Positions 20,784-29,407 of a stretch of 64,000 nt of DNA are shown here, in pieces (the stretch's first letter is position 1; each line of letters starts with the position of its first letter). The translations under genes and the position numbers were made by a program. Origin of the DNA: Candidatus Saccharimonadia bacterium (lineage in GTDB: Bacteria; Patescibacteriota; Saccharimonadia; UBA4664); the NCBI GenBank assembly GCA_036488585.1, contig DASXHH010000004.1:65254-129253 (forward strand). The letters are read 5' to 3'. The notes below the pieces were generated by a model. It saw only the letters and a list, made by a program, of their open reading frames with translations, did not search any database and was not told the DNA's origin.

Positions 20784-20940
20784 TCATACACCCCCTTACG
20801 CTTGAGTAAAATCAACATAAGGTATCTTCGTCCGGCGGACCGGACCGAGCCACGTGCATAGTTCCGAAAGTGGACAGCTCGCTCCACCGGTGGAGACAAA
20901 AGCAGCTTGGCAAGCTCGGCTAATGGCGGCCTGCAGGCGC

Positions 20941-21954
20941 TTACTGAATTGTAGTCGTGGTCGTGTTCGAATTAGTGGCGTCGCCGCTCGACGCGCCGTT
21001 ATCGGAATTGTTAGGGGTGGTAACGTCGCCGGTGGTGGCCTGTTGGTTGGACTGGTTTACGACGGTGACGTTGGTTGAATTGTTAATGCTTACGTGGGAG
21101 TGACTATTCGAATTTACGTACGCCACACACTGGCCCTGATTCTTGAATCGCGGCGAGCCGTCGGGGTCCTTAAACTGCTGCCAGCCCCCATTTTTGCAAT
21201 CGTCAGCCGAAGTGGGCGCCGCCAGGACGGTAATAATGCCCTGTGATTTGACCGAATTGGTGGTAGTGAGAGCGTAGGTATAACCAACCGGTAGGACTGC
21301 CACGAGTATCAGCAGGGCCAAGGTACGGGGACCCATGCCATCCAAGCGGCGGGTGGAGCGGCGAGTCGGCTGGGTTTCGGTAGGCGCGAGTGTGGGCGGG
21401 CCGGCCGGAGGCTCCTGGTCAGGAGGGTCGGATTTGGATCCAGACAGGCCGGTAGGTTTGCGGGCAAGCGACCGGCGCAGCGTTTGGATTTCGCCCCAGA
21501 TCACGAGTAGGCCCGGAATAATGATGAGAGCCAGCAGTCCGAGCGGGCTGTGCAAAATGTTGGCCAATTTCCCAACCATGGGCAGGTGCAGAACCTCTCG
21601 CCCGACGATCCGGCCACCGGCAAATGGCAGATCCGCCACCGAGTTGGCGTCGCCCTTGGTGACCACCATGGGCAGGCCGTCCTTCACCGGCAGCGCCACC
21701 ACACGGTGAGTAATGGTTTGCTGCGGGTGGACGGGATCGGTGTAGGTGACGACATCGCCAGGATGTATATCGCGCAATGGCACGCGATGAATAATTACGA
21801 GGTCGCCCGGCTGAATCCCCGGCCTCATGCTGCCGGTTAGCACATCGAGGGCTTTCCAGCCGCCAATTGGCAACACTGAAGCTACTATCACAACCGCACA
21901 GGCGGCGTAAACGAGCAGGGCGAGCCATTTGGCGATGGAGGCAGCAGATTTCAT
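20941..21954 (-). CDS. sipW: Second SipW-type signal peptidase with fused C-terminal tail
   Basis: VLTGSMRP, ITHRVV, TKGDAN; tail GYTYA|LTTTNSV and a CKNGGW...FKNQGQC module. Confidence 0.88.
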   Translation of the reverse strand: MKSAASIAKWLALLVYAACAVVIVASVLPIGGWKALDVLTGSMRPGIQPGDLVIIHRVPLRDIHPGDVVTYTDPVHPQQTITHRVVALPVKDGLPMVVTKGDANSVADLPFAGGRIVGREVLHLPMVGKLANILHSPLGLLALIIIPGLLVIWGEIQTLRRSLARKPTGLSGSKSDPPDQEPPAGPPTLAPTETQPTRRSTRRLDGMGPRTLALLILVAVLPVGYTYALTTTNSVKSQGIITVLAAPTSADDCKNGGWQQFKDPDGSPRFKNQGQCVAYVNSNSHSHVSINNSTNVTVVNQSNQQATTGDVTTPNNSDNGASSGDATNSNTTTTTIQ

Positions 21955-21978
21955 TGCGGGCGACCTAAGAGTTATTGA

Positions 21979-22536
21979 TTAGTGGCTAACGGTACCATCG
22001 CTAGTGCCGGTGAGTTGAAGCGTGAAGTCGTTCAGCGCGTTAAGCACGGGCGTAGAGGCATCGGCGGTAACCCAGGCCTCGAGGTCATTAGAAGTACTAC
22101 CGGTGTTAGCGAGGGCTCCCAGACCGGCGAGGCTCGAGTCGGAGCTGCCGCCGAGGGCGCTAAACGGAATGCTTACTGTATTACCATTAAGCATGAAGTT
22201 CATGGTTAGATGAGACTCTTCTGCACTCACGTTGGTGTTCCATGTGGTGATTTTGGCCGATAGTTTGACGCTATTGGCCGGCTCGGTTGTCTCCAAGTAA
22301 ATGTGAGTGTGGGCAACCGATGGGCTACCCGGTGCAGTACTGAATACAAAACCACTGGCGGAAGGGCCGTAGTTTACATGGTCGCTGGAAATCGACAGGT
22401 TATCGGAAACGGCTACTGCACCGGTGGCCGTCACCGCGTTGGTAGTGGTGGCTGCGAATGTAGCCCCGACGATTAGGGCGCTAGTGCCGCCAATGACAGC
22501 CACGGCGCGCGCGATTGCAAACGTTCGTACGTTCAT
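21979..22536 (-). CDS. Second TasA/camelysin-like SipW substrate
   Basis: GAGG RBS before ATG 22536; AVIGGTSALIVGATFA|ATTTNAV, paralogous to the 20157 gene. Confidence 0.75.
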   Translation of the reverse strand: MNVRTFAIARAVAVIGGTSALIVGATFAATTTNAVTATGAVAVSDNLSISSDHVNYGPSASGFVFSTAPGSPSVAHTHIYLETTEPANSVKLSAKITTWNTNVSAEESHLTMNFMLNGNTVSIPFSALGGSSDSSLAGLGALANTGSTSNDLEAWVTADASTPVLNALNDFTLQLTGTSDGTVSH

Positions 22537-22647
22537 AGAAACCTCACAGTTTAATGCTGTTACCATGGTAAATCGCATTAGGGATTGGCACAATAATGTT
22601 TTTACTAAGCCAAAAGTTAAGAATTTGTTAAGAACGAATGAGGCGTT

Positions 22648-22687
22648 AAAAATGAAACCGTCCGGCTGCACGAATGGCAACCGGACG
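22648..22687 (-). terminator. Intrinsic terminator closing the large structured RNA
   Basis: CGTCCGGTTGC-N7-GCAGCCGGACG followed by GTTTCATTTT on the minus strand. Confidence 0.75.
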
Positions 22688-23254
22688 AGGGGTGGCGCGA
22701 AGCCACGATGTGGTAGAACCACGGGGTCCGAGAGTTTTCTCGGGCACTTGGACCCCGTGGATTTTGTGAACCGAAGCATTCCTTGTCACTCTGCATCGGC
22801 GCCCCTAGTGTGGGGCTAGTTTATCACGCGCCATCAGTGAATCACCCGTGTTGATCCAAAGATGGTCCTCATGCTTCTGCATGGCATGAGGCTCTCGAGG
22901 AATAATATCCTGGAGGCGTGGTCCTGCTGGCCTTCCGAGACCTTGTTCCGGGTTCCATGACAAGCTGGAACGATCCGGGGTCTTGGCAGCAGGCGGCGCG
23001 AACCTTATCGGTAATCGCTGGCGCAACGGGAGGCACTTTCGCAGCGTCTGTCTAACTTCGCAGTACAGACTCGTCGCGAACTTCACGACGATTGCGATCC
23101 CGTGTGCCGGTGCAAGCGGTCGGATTTGATGGCTATGCGCCTCGCACCGATCGCTGAGGTCCCGGATATTTCCGTGGTGTGGGCCAATGATGGGCCCCGC
23201 GGATAGGTGGCCGGGTACCTCGACTATAAATCCGCCCCTAACTAAGAAGCGAAC
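22650..23254 (-). ncRNA. Candidate ~600-nt highly structured noncoding RNA (unrecognised family)
   Basis: More than 12 consecutive stem-loops between a consensus promoter and a terminator; no credible ORF. Confidence 0.65.
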
Positions 23255-23260
23255 GCGCAT

Positions 23261-23289
23261 ATGTTAACACAGTGAATAACTTATGTCAA
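23261..23289 (-). promoter_or_regulatory. Sigma70 promoter TTGACA-17bp-TAACAT with extended TGn
   Basis: Minus strand: TTGACA taagttattcactgtgt TAACAT. Confidence 0.8.
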
Positions 23290-23295
23290 CCCTTT

Positions 23296-23841
23296 TTAGA
23301 GACCGAGAGCACCGAGCGCACTAGTAACAGGACTGAGGACGTGTTTAACGAGGTTGGGTACGGGATTTTCAAGCTTAACGTTAACTTGAGGGGTGGCCGT
23401 GGGGGTATGGGCCAGCAGAGTGGGAGCGGGAGTGGTTTCGGCGGCCAAAACCCCGGTGGTGGGAACAGGCGTGGCGGACGGGCTGGCTGGCGTGCGGGTC
23501 GCTGCGACGGCAACCCTTGTGGCAGCTGGCGCGGACGGGGTGGCGCGGGTCGTGGCTGGATGCGAAGGCTTAATTTCCGAGCTCACGGCCTTAATGCCAC
23601 CGGCCGCCACGGCCAGAGTGACCACAGCGATCGCCACCGAGCGGGCCCAGGGCGGCAAGATGTTACGCATAAACCATTTACGGTGGCGAAAGCTGGCTTG
23701 CACCCGCTGAAGATCAGGACCGGTCAGCACCGTGGCGAGCTGGTCCTTGGGCACCCTTAGCTTGGTGCCGTCCTGAAAAACGAGCAGCACCTCTCCGTCG
23801 CCTTCGATCGAGAAATTCGCCAACTGCTTCATAGATACCAT
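23296..23841 (-). CDS. Hypothetical membrane protein with Pro/Thr/Ala-rich tail
   Basis: One TM (VAIAVVTLAVAAGGI); clean ORF. Confidence 0.7.
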   Translation of the reverse strand: MVSMKQLANFSIEGDGEVLLVFQDGTKLRVPKDQLATVLTGPDLQRVQASFRHRKWFMRNILPPWARSVAIAVVTLAVAAGGIKAVSSEIKPSHPATTRATPSAPAATRVAVAATRTPASPSATPVPTTGVLAAETTPAPTLLAHTPTATPQVNVKLENPVPNLVKHVLSPVTSALGALGL

Positions 23842-23920
23842 TTTAGCAAACGATCATGGCTGTTACTGCTTGAGCAAAGGCCGATTATCTGGTACTATTT
23901 ACCAGTTTCAAAAGCTACGT

Positions 23921-23996
23921 GGCCCCATCGTCTAGAGGTCTAGGACAGCGGGTTTTCAGTCCGTCAACCGGGGTTCGAATCCCCGTGGGGTCACCA
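23921..23996 (+). tRNA. tRNA-Glu (TTC)
   Basis: GGCCCCA acceptor, anticodon loop TTTTCAG, GGTTCGAATCC T-arm, encoded CCA. Confidence 0.97.
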
Positions 23997-24030
23997 TAAG
24001 CATTTATCAATGTCATTGTAATTATCGTTT

Positions 24031-24074
24031 GAGCTCGCCCGAATCAAGCTTGTGCGCTTGTCTCGGGCGAGCTC
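24031..24074. terminator. Strong hairpin downstream of the tRNA and the convergent ORF
   Basis: GAGCTCGCCCGA...TCGGGCGAGCTC 12-bp stem. Confidence 0.55.
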
Positions 24075-24117
24075 TAGAGTGGCGCTGTATGAGCTTGGAG
24101 ACGCTGCTCCGGCCACA

Positions 24118-24420
24118 CTACTGTTCCACGGAACCCCGTACCGCCGGGGCCTCATTGGAATCGGCGGCGTAGCCACCAAATCCTTCATAAGGGTCCACGA
24201 CCAGCTTGGTGAGGGGCATACCGCCTGGTTTCCATGCCGGGGCGGGCACCTCAATTCCAAGTACCTCCCGCACAGAGCGGCGGCCTGCTTCTTCGGCCGC
24301 GACCGTCTCGGGATCATCTGAGTCGAAAATGCCTTCGTGCGGGTTGACCACCAATTCGGAGAGAGGCATTGCACCTTCATCTCGGGACGGCTCGCCGTGA
24401 GTATTCGTCAACTGAATCAT
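24118..24420 (-). CDS. Small acidic hypothetical protein with internal duplication
   Basis: GGGAG RBS; MPLSELVVNPHEG / MPLTKLVVDPYEG. Confidence 0.6.
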   Translation of the reverse strand: MIQLTNTHGEPSRDEGAMPLSELVVNPHEGIFDSDDPETVAAEEAGRRSVREVLGIEVPAPAWKPGGMPLTKLVVDPYEGFGGYAADSNEAPAVRGSVEQ

Positions 24421-24524
24421 CTCCCTTGCTCGCTTGTGTCGCCCACTTATTTAACGATGTTTTTCAAGATAGCACCAGAGGTGCCAGCGTATTACCTCAT
24501 CGTGGATAAGGTTCCAATTCGACT

Positions 24525-25112
24525 CTACCTCAGGAACTTATAGTTGAGGTAAACGAAACTGCTACTGCCTTTACCGTGGACCTGAACTCCCTCATCAAAT
24601 TTTTGTAAGCCAACTAGCTTTAGTTTTTGTTGTACCCCTTCCGGTAGCCAATAATTACCGCTCCCAACGATAATGGGCGCAATAAACTGATGCAGCTCAT
24701 CTACTAAACCGGCCCTTATGGCCTCCGCAGCTAAGTGAGGACCGCCAATACCAATATTCATATCGGATTTTGATTTTATACGACTAATTTCTTCAGCATT
24801 GAATTCGTGCTCAATTTCAGTGTTCTTTGTAGCGGGATTGGATAACGAGGAAGAATAGACGATTTTCTTCGCCGCTCGCCAAATCTTGCCATACTCGTTT
24901 GCAGCTGAGCTTGGCCCGTCTTCTGGCCAGGTTTCCCAAGCTGCCAAGGTTTCATACATATGGCGCCCGAGCAAAAGAATACCTGTGTCTCGCTCTATGT
25001 TATTGATGAATGCATGAACCTCTTCAGTTGGTGCCGCCCATTCGAAATTACCTTCTTTATCGGCTACATATCCGTCTAATGACGTCAGCATTAAATAAGT
25101 AAGTTTTGCCAT
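24525..25112 (-). CDS. Dihydrofolate reductase/RibD C-terminal family protein
   Basis: TSLDGYV, LLGRHMYE, GGPHLA, LVDELHQFIAPIIVGSG. Confidence 0.9.
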   Translation of the reverse strand: MAKLTYLMLTSLDGYVADKEGNFEWAAPTEEVHAFINNIERDTGILLLGRHMYETLAAWETWPEDGPSSAANEYGKIWRAAKKIVYSSSLSNPATKNTEIEHEFNAEEISRIKSKSDMNIGIGGPHLAAEAIRAGLVDELHQFIAPIIVGSGNYWLPEGVQQKLKLVGLQKFDEGVQVHGKGSSSFVYLNYKFLR

Positions 25113-25119
25113 AATAGTA

Positions 25120-25761
25120 TTAGAGCCTACGCGTTTTCTTCACAAAATATCGAAGGAAAGTAGGCCCCCAAGAAGTCTCTTCGGCTGAAAATTCAATGGG
25201 CGTAAAGCCTGACTTATTGAGCTTCAATTCAAGCTCGTCCTCTTGATAATCTGAGAAGTGCCTGTCGGGCCAGTTGTTCGAAACATTAGGCCGCAGGTCG
25301 TCAAAATCCCCTTTCATTACTGATATAAATGCGACGCCTCCTGCCCTAAGAACTCTATGAAAACCCTCAAGAGTCGTATCGGCATCGGCCTTAGGGATAT
25401 GTAGAAAAGAAGCATTTACCCATAGACCGTCAAAAGATTCATCGGGAAGGTCGAGGTTGCGCATATCGGCAACAAAAAACTTCCCAGAAGGACATGCACG
25501 CCTGGCGACTTCAATAAACTCCTCCGTAATGTCTGTGCCCGTTACATTGAAGCCATGATCTAACAGATATTTTGACTCCCGGCCAGTCGCACAGCCAATG
25601 TCCAATACATCTTTACCGGGCATTATCTCAATAAATCGGTCGAGCAATTGCTGGATCTCAGAACGAAGCTTGGTGTTCTGATCGGCATACTCAGCATGTA
25701 TTTGACTGTACGTTTTCTGGGTCTGTGCAATATGAGAATTTGGATCTTCCTGTTCGGCCAT
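25120..25761 (-). CDS. Class I SAM-dependent methyltransferase
   Basis: VLDIGCATG, FDGLWVNASFLHIP. Confidence 0.92.
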   Translation of the reverse strand: MAEQEDPNSHIAQTQKTYSQIHAEYADQNTKLRSEIQQLLDRFIEIMPGKDVLDIGCATGRESKYLLDHGFNVTGTDITEEFIEVARRACPSGKFFVADMRNLDLPDESFDGLWVNASFLHIPKADADTTLEGFHRVLRAGGVAFISVMKGDFDDLRPNVSNNWPDRHFSDYQEDELELKLNKSGFTPIEFSAEETSWGPTFLRYFVKKTRRL

Positions 25762-25798
25762 AGAATAAGCATATCTCCACCATGATTCTAATGCATTT

Positions 25799-26410
25799 TT
25801 ACTCGGAACTAGGCGAATGTTTTCGATACGGCTTGCGAAAACGTATTGACGGTAGCAGCACTAAAGCCGCAATCAGCGAGTCAGTTAGCAGCACATAGAA
25901 ACCGTAGGCTGAGTTTGATACGGACCACATCTTGATTGTCAGCAGCGTGGTCAAGGCAGCGAGTGCTCCCCACAAAAACGGGAAACCGCTCTCAGACTCT
26001 GGTTCTAGGTATGATTTTTTGATGGTGGGCACGGCTGCAAAGAAGTCGGCAACAATACTTAGTACTAAAGCTACAAATCCCCTTCCGGTTAATGCCCACA
26101 GGACAAGTGCAAGCAGCGAAACAGACCCGCAGAGAATGTCAAAAGTTGTCAGCTTCCAGAAAGCCTTCCTGTTCACAAAGGATGCGATGAGTACAAGTAA
26201 CGGCCCGAAGCCAATGGAGAATGTAAGTAGACTTTGCAAGCCAACATGCTGGCTAAGTTGAGCGAAGAAGCCAATCATTGGTGCAACCGCCCACAAGGCC
26301 CAAGTAACACGGTTAGGGCGATTTCGGCCCTTTAGCGTGTCATAGGCGTACTGAGCGGCACTCGCCACAGTGATTAACCCTGATAGTATTACGAACTTAT
26401 CGCTTAGCAT
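25799..26410 (-). CDS. Multi-pass membrane protein
   Basis: About 7 TM helices; PNRVTWALW and PTIKKSY..PESE. Confidence 0.8.
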   Translation of the reverse strand: MLSDKFVILSGLITVASAAQYAYDTLKGRNRPNRVTWALWAVAPMIGFFAQLSQHVGLQSLLTFSIGFGPLLVLIASFVNRKAFWKLTTFDILCGSVSLLALVLWALTGRGFVALVLSIVADFFAAVPTIKKSYLEPESESGFPFLWGALAALTTLLTIKMWSVSNSAYGFYVLLTDSLIAALVLLPSIRFRKPYRKHSPSSE

Positions 26411-26451
26411 ACGATTACTATGTTACCAAACTTCTCTGCTAAAATATCCGC

Positions 26452-27012
26452 ATGGCAAACGCAATTATTCTGCATGGGCAGCCGACTAAAAAACACTACT
26501 TTGACCCAGCATTTCCGGCTAGCAGCAATTACTACTGGATACCCTGGTTGCAAAAGCAACTTATTGTTCGCGATATACCCACGGCGACACCTGACGTGCC
26601 AAATAACTGGAAGCCAGAACTAGCTGTCTGGCGTAAAGAATTCGAGCGGTACGACATTAACGAGCAGACATTGCTGGTTGGTCATAGTTGCGGGGGCGGT
26701 TTCTTAGTTCGATGGCTCAGCGAACACCAAGAAATTAAACCTGCAAAAGTCGTGCTACTAGCCCCATGGTTAAACCCTAAGAAGCTCGAAGAAACGTGGG
26801 ACTTCTTTGAATTTAATATTGATAAAAGCCTAACTGAACGTACTAATGTGACGGTCGTCTATTCTGATGATGATATGCCCCAGATACTCGACACAGTTTC
26901 ATTACTGAAACAAGTACTGCCAGAAGCTTCATTTAAAGAGCTTCATGGTCGCCGACATTTCTACGATGACGAGTGCATGGAGATCCCCGAAGTTCTGGAA
27001 CTATTAGTCTGA
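26452..27012 (+). CDS. RBBP9/YdeN family alpha/beta hydrolase
   Basis: ILHG, WIPWL, VGHSCGG, YSDDD, terminal His. Confidence 0.9.
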   Translation: MANAIILHGQPTKKHYFDPAFPASSNYYWIPWLQKQLIVRDIPTATPDVPNNWKPELAVWRKEFERYDINEQTLLVGHSCGGGFLVRWLSEHQEIKPAKVVLLAPWLNPKKLEETWDFFEFNIDKSLTERTNVTVVYSDDDMPQILDTVSLLKQVLPEASFKELHGRRHFYDDECMEIPEVLELLV

Positions 27013-27122
27013 GTTTCGACCAATAGCTCCAGAGATCTTGACCCTGCTCTTTTCTGGATACCGTTATACTCCCCTGGCGTGTATACTGTGCATGCTTCAT
27101 CCACAGAGAAGAAGGCGTGGTT

Positions 27123-27347
27123 ATGGAAGAGCGGCCTAGTACATCCGATAACCGTGAGTTCAACCTCAAAACAGACGGGGGCATATGCCTAATCTTCGGC
27201 CTTGTGGTGACCATCTTTGCGGTGGGGCCATGGCCGTTGCCGTGGTGCATAGGCCTTGGAGCGGGGGCAGCTGTATTGGTGACCGTCGGCGCCGCACTGC
27301 TCCGGGCTGCACGACGTATTCGCAAGCGGCAGTACTACGGGGGCTAA
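27123..27347 (+). CDS. Small two-TM protein
   Basis: Two hydrophobic segments and a basic tail. Confidence 0.5.
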   Translation: MEERPSTSDNREFNLKTDGGICLIFGLVVTIFAVGPWPLPWCIGLGAGAAVLVTVGAALLRAARRIRKRQYYGG

Positions 27348-27401
27348 ACTACTGCTGCCGGTCGTCGAACAACCCCGCACTCTCCTCCAACTGAGCAGAA
27401 G

Positions 27402-27430
27402 GCTCCGGGCACACAACAAGTGCCCGGAGC
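27402..27430. terminator. Hairpin, possible terminator
   Basis: GCTCCGGGCAC-N7-GTGCCCGGAGC. Confidence 0.55.
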
Positions 27431-27489
27431 TAATTTGATTTAAAGGGCCAATACTGGATATGCTGATAACGAAACTGGAGCAAGCTGTT

Positions 27490-27867
27490 ATGCAAAAGAT
27501 TTTAATGATAGAAGATGACCCGTTAGTGGGTCGGCTGTACAAGCGCGTGTTTGAGCTCGAAGGCTTTACGATCGAGTGGGCCGAGAACGGCCAGGACGGG
27601 TTGGATAAGGTAAAGACGATGGGGCCGGATATCATTTTGCTGGACGTGATGATGAAAGGCTTGAACGGGCTCGAGGTGCTGACGCGGCTGAAAGACGAGC
27701 CGAAGACGGCCGGCATTCCGGTGCTAGTACTCACCAACGTGTCGGATGCTCGCATAACGCAGCTCGCGACCGAGAAGGGTGCGGTGGCGGCCATGGTGAA
27801 GAGCGAGACTGAGCCGGAAGGCGTGGTCGGGATGATAAAAGGAATTCTGGCAAAGGCCGGAAAATAG
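27490..27867 (+). CDS. Single-domain response regulator
   Basis: IEDD, ILLDVMM, LTN, K. Confidence 0.93.
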   Translation: MQKILMIEDDPLVGRLYKRVFELEGFTIEWAENGQDGLDKVKTMGPDIILLDVMMKGLNGLEVLTRLKDEPKTAGIPVLVLTNVSDARITQLATEKGAVAAMVKSETEPEGVVGMIKGILAKAGK

Positions 27868-29010
27868 ATGGGGATGCGTGAGGAGCAGGGCCTGGAGAAA
27901 CGGATCCGAGAACTCGAGGCGACCGTCAAACTCAGGACCGAGCAGCTGATTGCCTCCACCTCGCGGGCATACTCGTTTCTGGACAGCCTGCACATGGGTT
28001 TCATTATGTGTGACGTGAACCCGGAGGTGGTGCTCACCAACACCTCGGTACGGGGGTTTTTGTCGGATGAGGCACGGGGTGAATGGACGCTCGCTGAGAT
28101 CGACCAGCTGTTGGAGCCAAGCCTGCATCTGAAGGAACTCGTGACCCAGAGTCTGAAAGAGCAACGCTCGATGGAGCTTAACGAGGTGAATCTGGGTAAG
28201 CGGGTGCTGCGGCTGTTTATTGCGCCCATGGTTAATAATGAGGCGAAAGGTGACGTCCAGCCGATCGGAGCGGTGATTTTGGTGGAGGATGTGACCGAGA
28301 AAACGGTACTGGAACGATCGAAGGACGAGTTTTTCTTTATTGCTTCGCACGAATTGCGCACGCCGCTGACCGCTATTCGGGGGAACGCGTCGGTAATGAA
28401 AAAATATTATCCGGATGTAATGAAAGACCAGAATCTGAGCGCAATGGTGGATGATATTCACACTAGCTCGATGCGATTGATTGAACTCGTGAACGACTTT
28501 CTGGACGTGTCGGCGCTGGAGCAGGGCAAAATCCAGATGAACCCGGAGGCGTTTAAGCTGGATGACGTGGTGACCGAGGTGCTGCGTGAGCTGCAGAGCC
28601 TGGGCGATGCCAAGAGCTTGAAGCTGGTGGCCGGACCGGGTCTCGGCGGCACGCCGGCAGTGTTAGCCGACCGCAAACGGGTGAAGCAGGTGGTGTACAA
28701 CCTGTTGGGAAACGCCATTAAGTTTACCGACGGCGGGGGCATTACTGTGGATGCGCAGGCCGAGGGAAAATTCGCGCACTGTACCGTGACGGATACAGGC
28801 AGCGGGATGTCCGAGGAGAACCAGAAGTTACTATTTCGCAAATTCCAGCAGGCGGGCAGCAGCCTGCTGTCGCGCGACACCACCACGGGCACTGGCCTGG
28901 GGCTGTACATCTCGAAGCTGATCGTGGAGCTGTCAGGGGGCAAGATTGGTCTGGAGCACTCCGAAGTGGGCAAGGGTAGCACTTTTGGATTTACGCTGCC
29001 GGTAGCGTAA
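27868..29010 (+). CDS. Cytoplasmic PAS histidine kinase
   Basis: ASHELRTPL, NLLGNAIKF, DTGSG, GTGLGL. Confidence 0.95.
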   Translation: MGMREEQGLEKRIRELEATVKLRTEQLIASTSRAYSFLDSLHMGFIMCDVNPEVVLTNTSVRGFLSDEARGEWTLAEIDQLLEPSLHLKELVTQSLKEQRSMELNEVNLGKRVLRLFIAPMVNNEAKGDVQPIGAVILVEDVTEKTVLERSKDEFFFIASHELRTPLTAIRGNASVMKKYYPDVMKDQNLSAMVDDIHTSSMRLIELVNDFLDVSALEQGKIQMNPEAFKLDDVVTEVLRELQSLGDAKSLKLVAGPGLGGTPAVLADRKRVKQVVYNLLGNAIKFTDGGGITVDAQAEGKFAHCTVTDTGSGMSEENQKLLFRKFQQAGSSLLSRDTTTGTGLGLYISKLIVELSGGKIGLEHSEVGKGSTFGFTLPVA

Positions 29011-29020
29011 ATTATATCGC

Positions 29021-29050
29021 TTGACATTATATCGCGAGACGATATATATT
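29021..29050 (+). promoter_or_regulatory. padR promoter with overlapping palindromic operator
   Basis: TTGACA...TATATT with TATATCG-N5-CGATATA (29028-29046). Confidence 0.65.
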
Positions 29051-29056
29051 GCAGAT

Positions 29057-29407
29057 ATGAATAATTCAGTGTCACCACTCACCCAGCCCGCATTTTACGT
29101 GCTGCTGGCTTTGCACCAGCACGAACGGCATGGGTACGAAATTATGAAGAGCGTAGAACAGGAATCCGGCGGGCAGACTCGCCTAGGCCCTGGCACGCTG
29201 TACGGCGTAATCAAGCGGCTGTTGAGCGAGGGCATGATCGAGGAATCGGGCGAGCGACCCGACCCGGAACGCGATGATGAGCGGCGGAAGTACTACAGGC
29301 TTACCGTGGCCGGGCGGCAGAGGCTGGGCGTGGAGCTGGGCCGCCTGGATCAGGCCGTACGGCGGGCACGGGAGCTGGGCATCAACTTCGCGGGAGCAGT
29401 GCGATGA
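29057..29407 (+). CDS. PadR family transcriptional regulator
   Basis: RHGYEIM, GPGTLYG, RRKYYRLT. Confidence 0.95.
   Translation: MNNSVSPLTQPAFYVLLALHQHERHGYEIMKSVEQESGGQTRLGPGTLYGVIKRLLSEGMIEESGERPDPERDDERRKYYRLTVAGRQRLGVELGRLDQAVRRARELGINFAGAVR

Noticed and set aside
22650-23254. RNase P RNA, tmRNA or self-splicing intron identity
   Set aside because: No GAGGAAAGUC-type P4 motif, no tRNA-like ends or tag ORF, and no interrupted host gene seen
22805-23260. 151-aa ORF across the structured region
   Set aside because: Its ATG abuts the -10 box, upstream of the predicted TSS; there is no RBS, the composition is not protein-like, and hairpins explain the sequence better
27189-28361. 390-aa minus-strand ORF and similar long shadow ORFs
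   Set aside because: Antisense to well-supported genes; expected in GC-rich DNA
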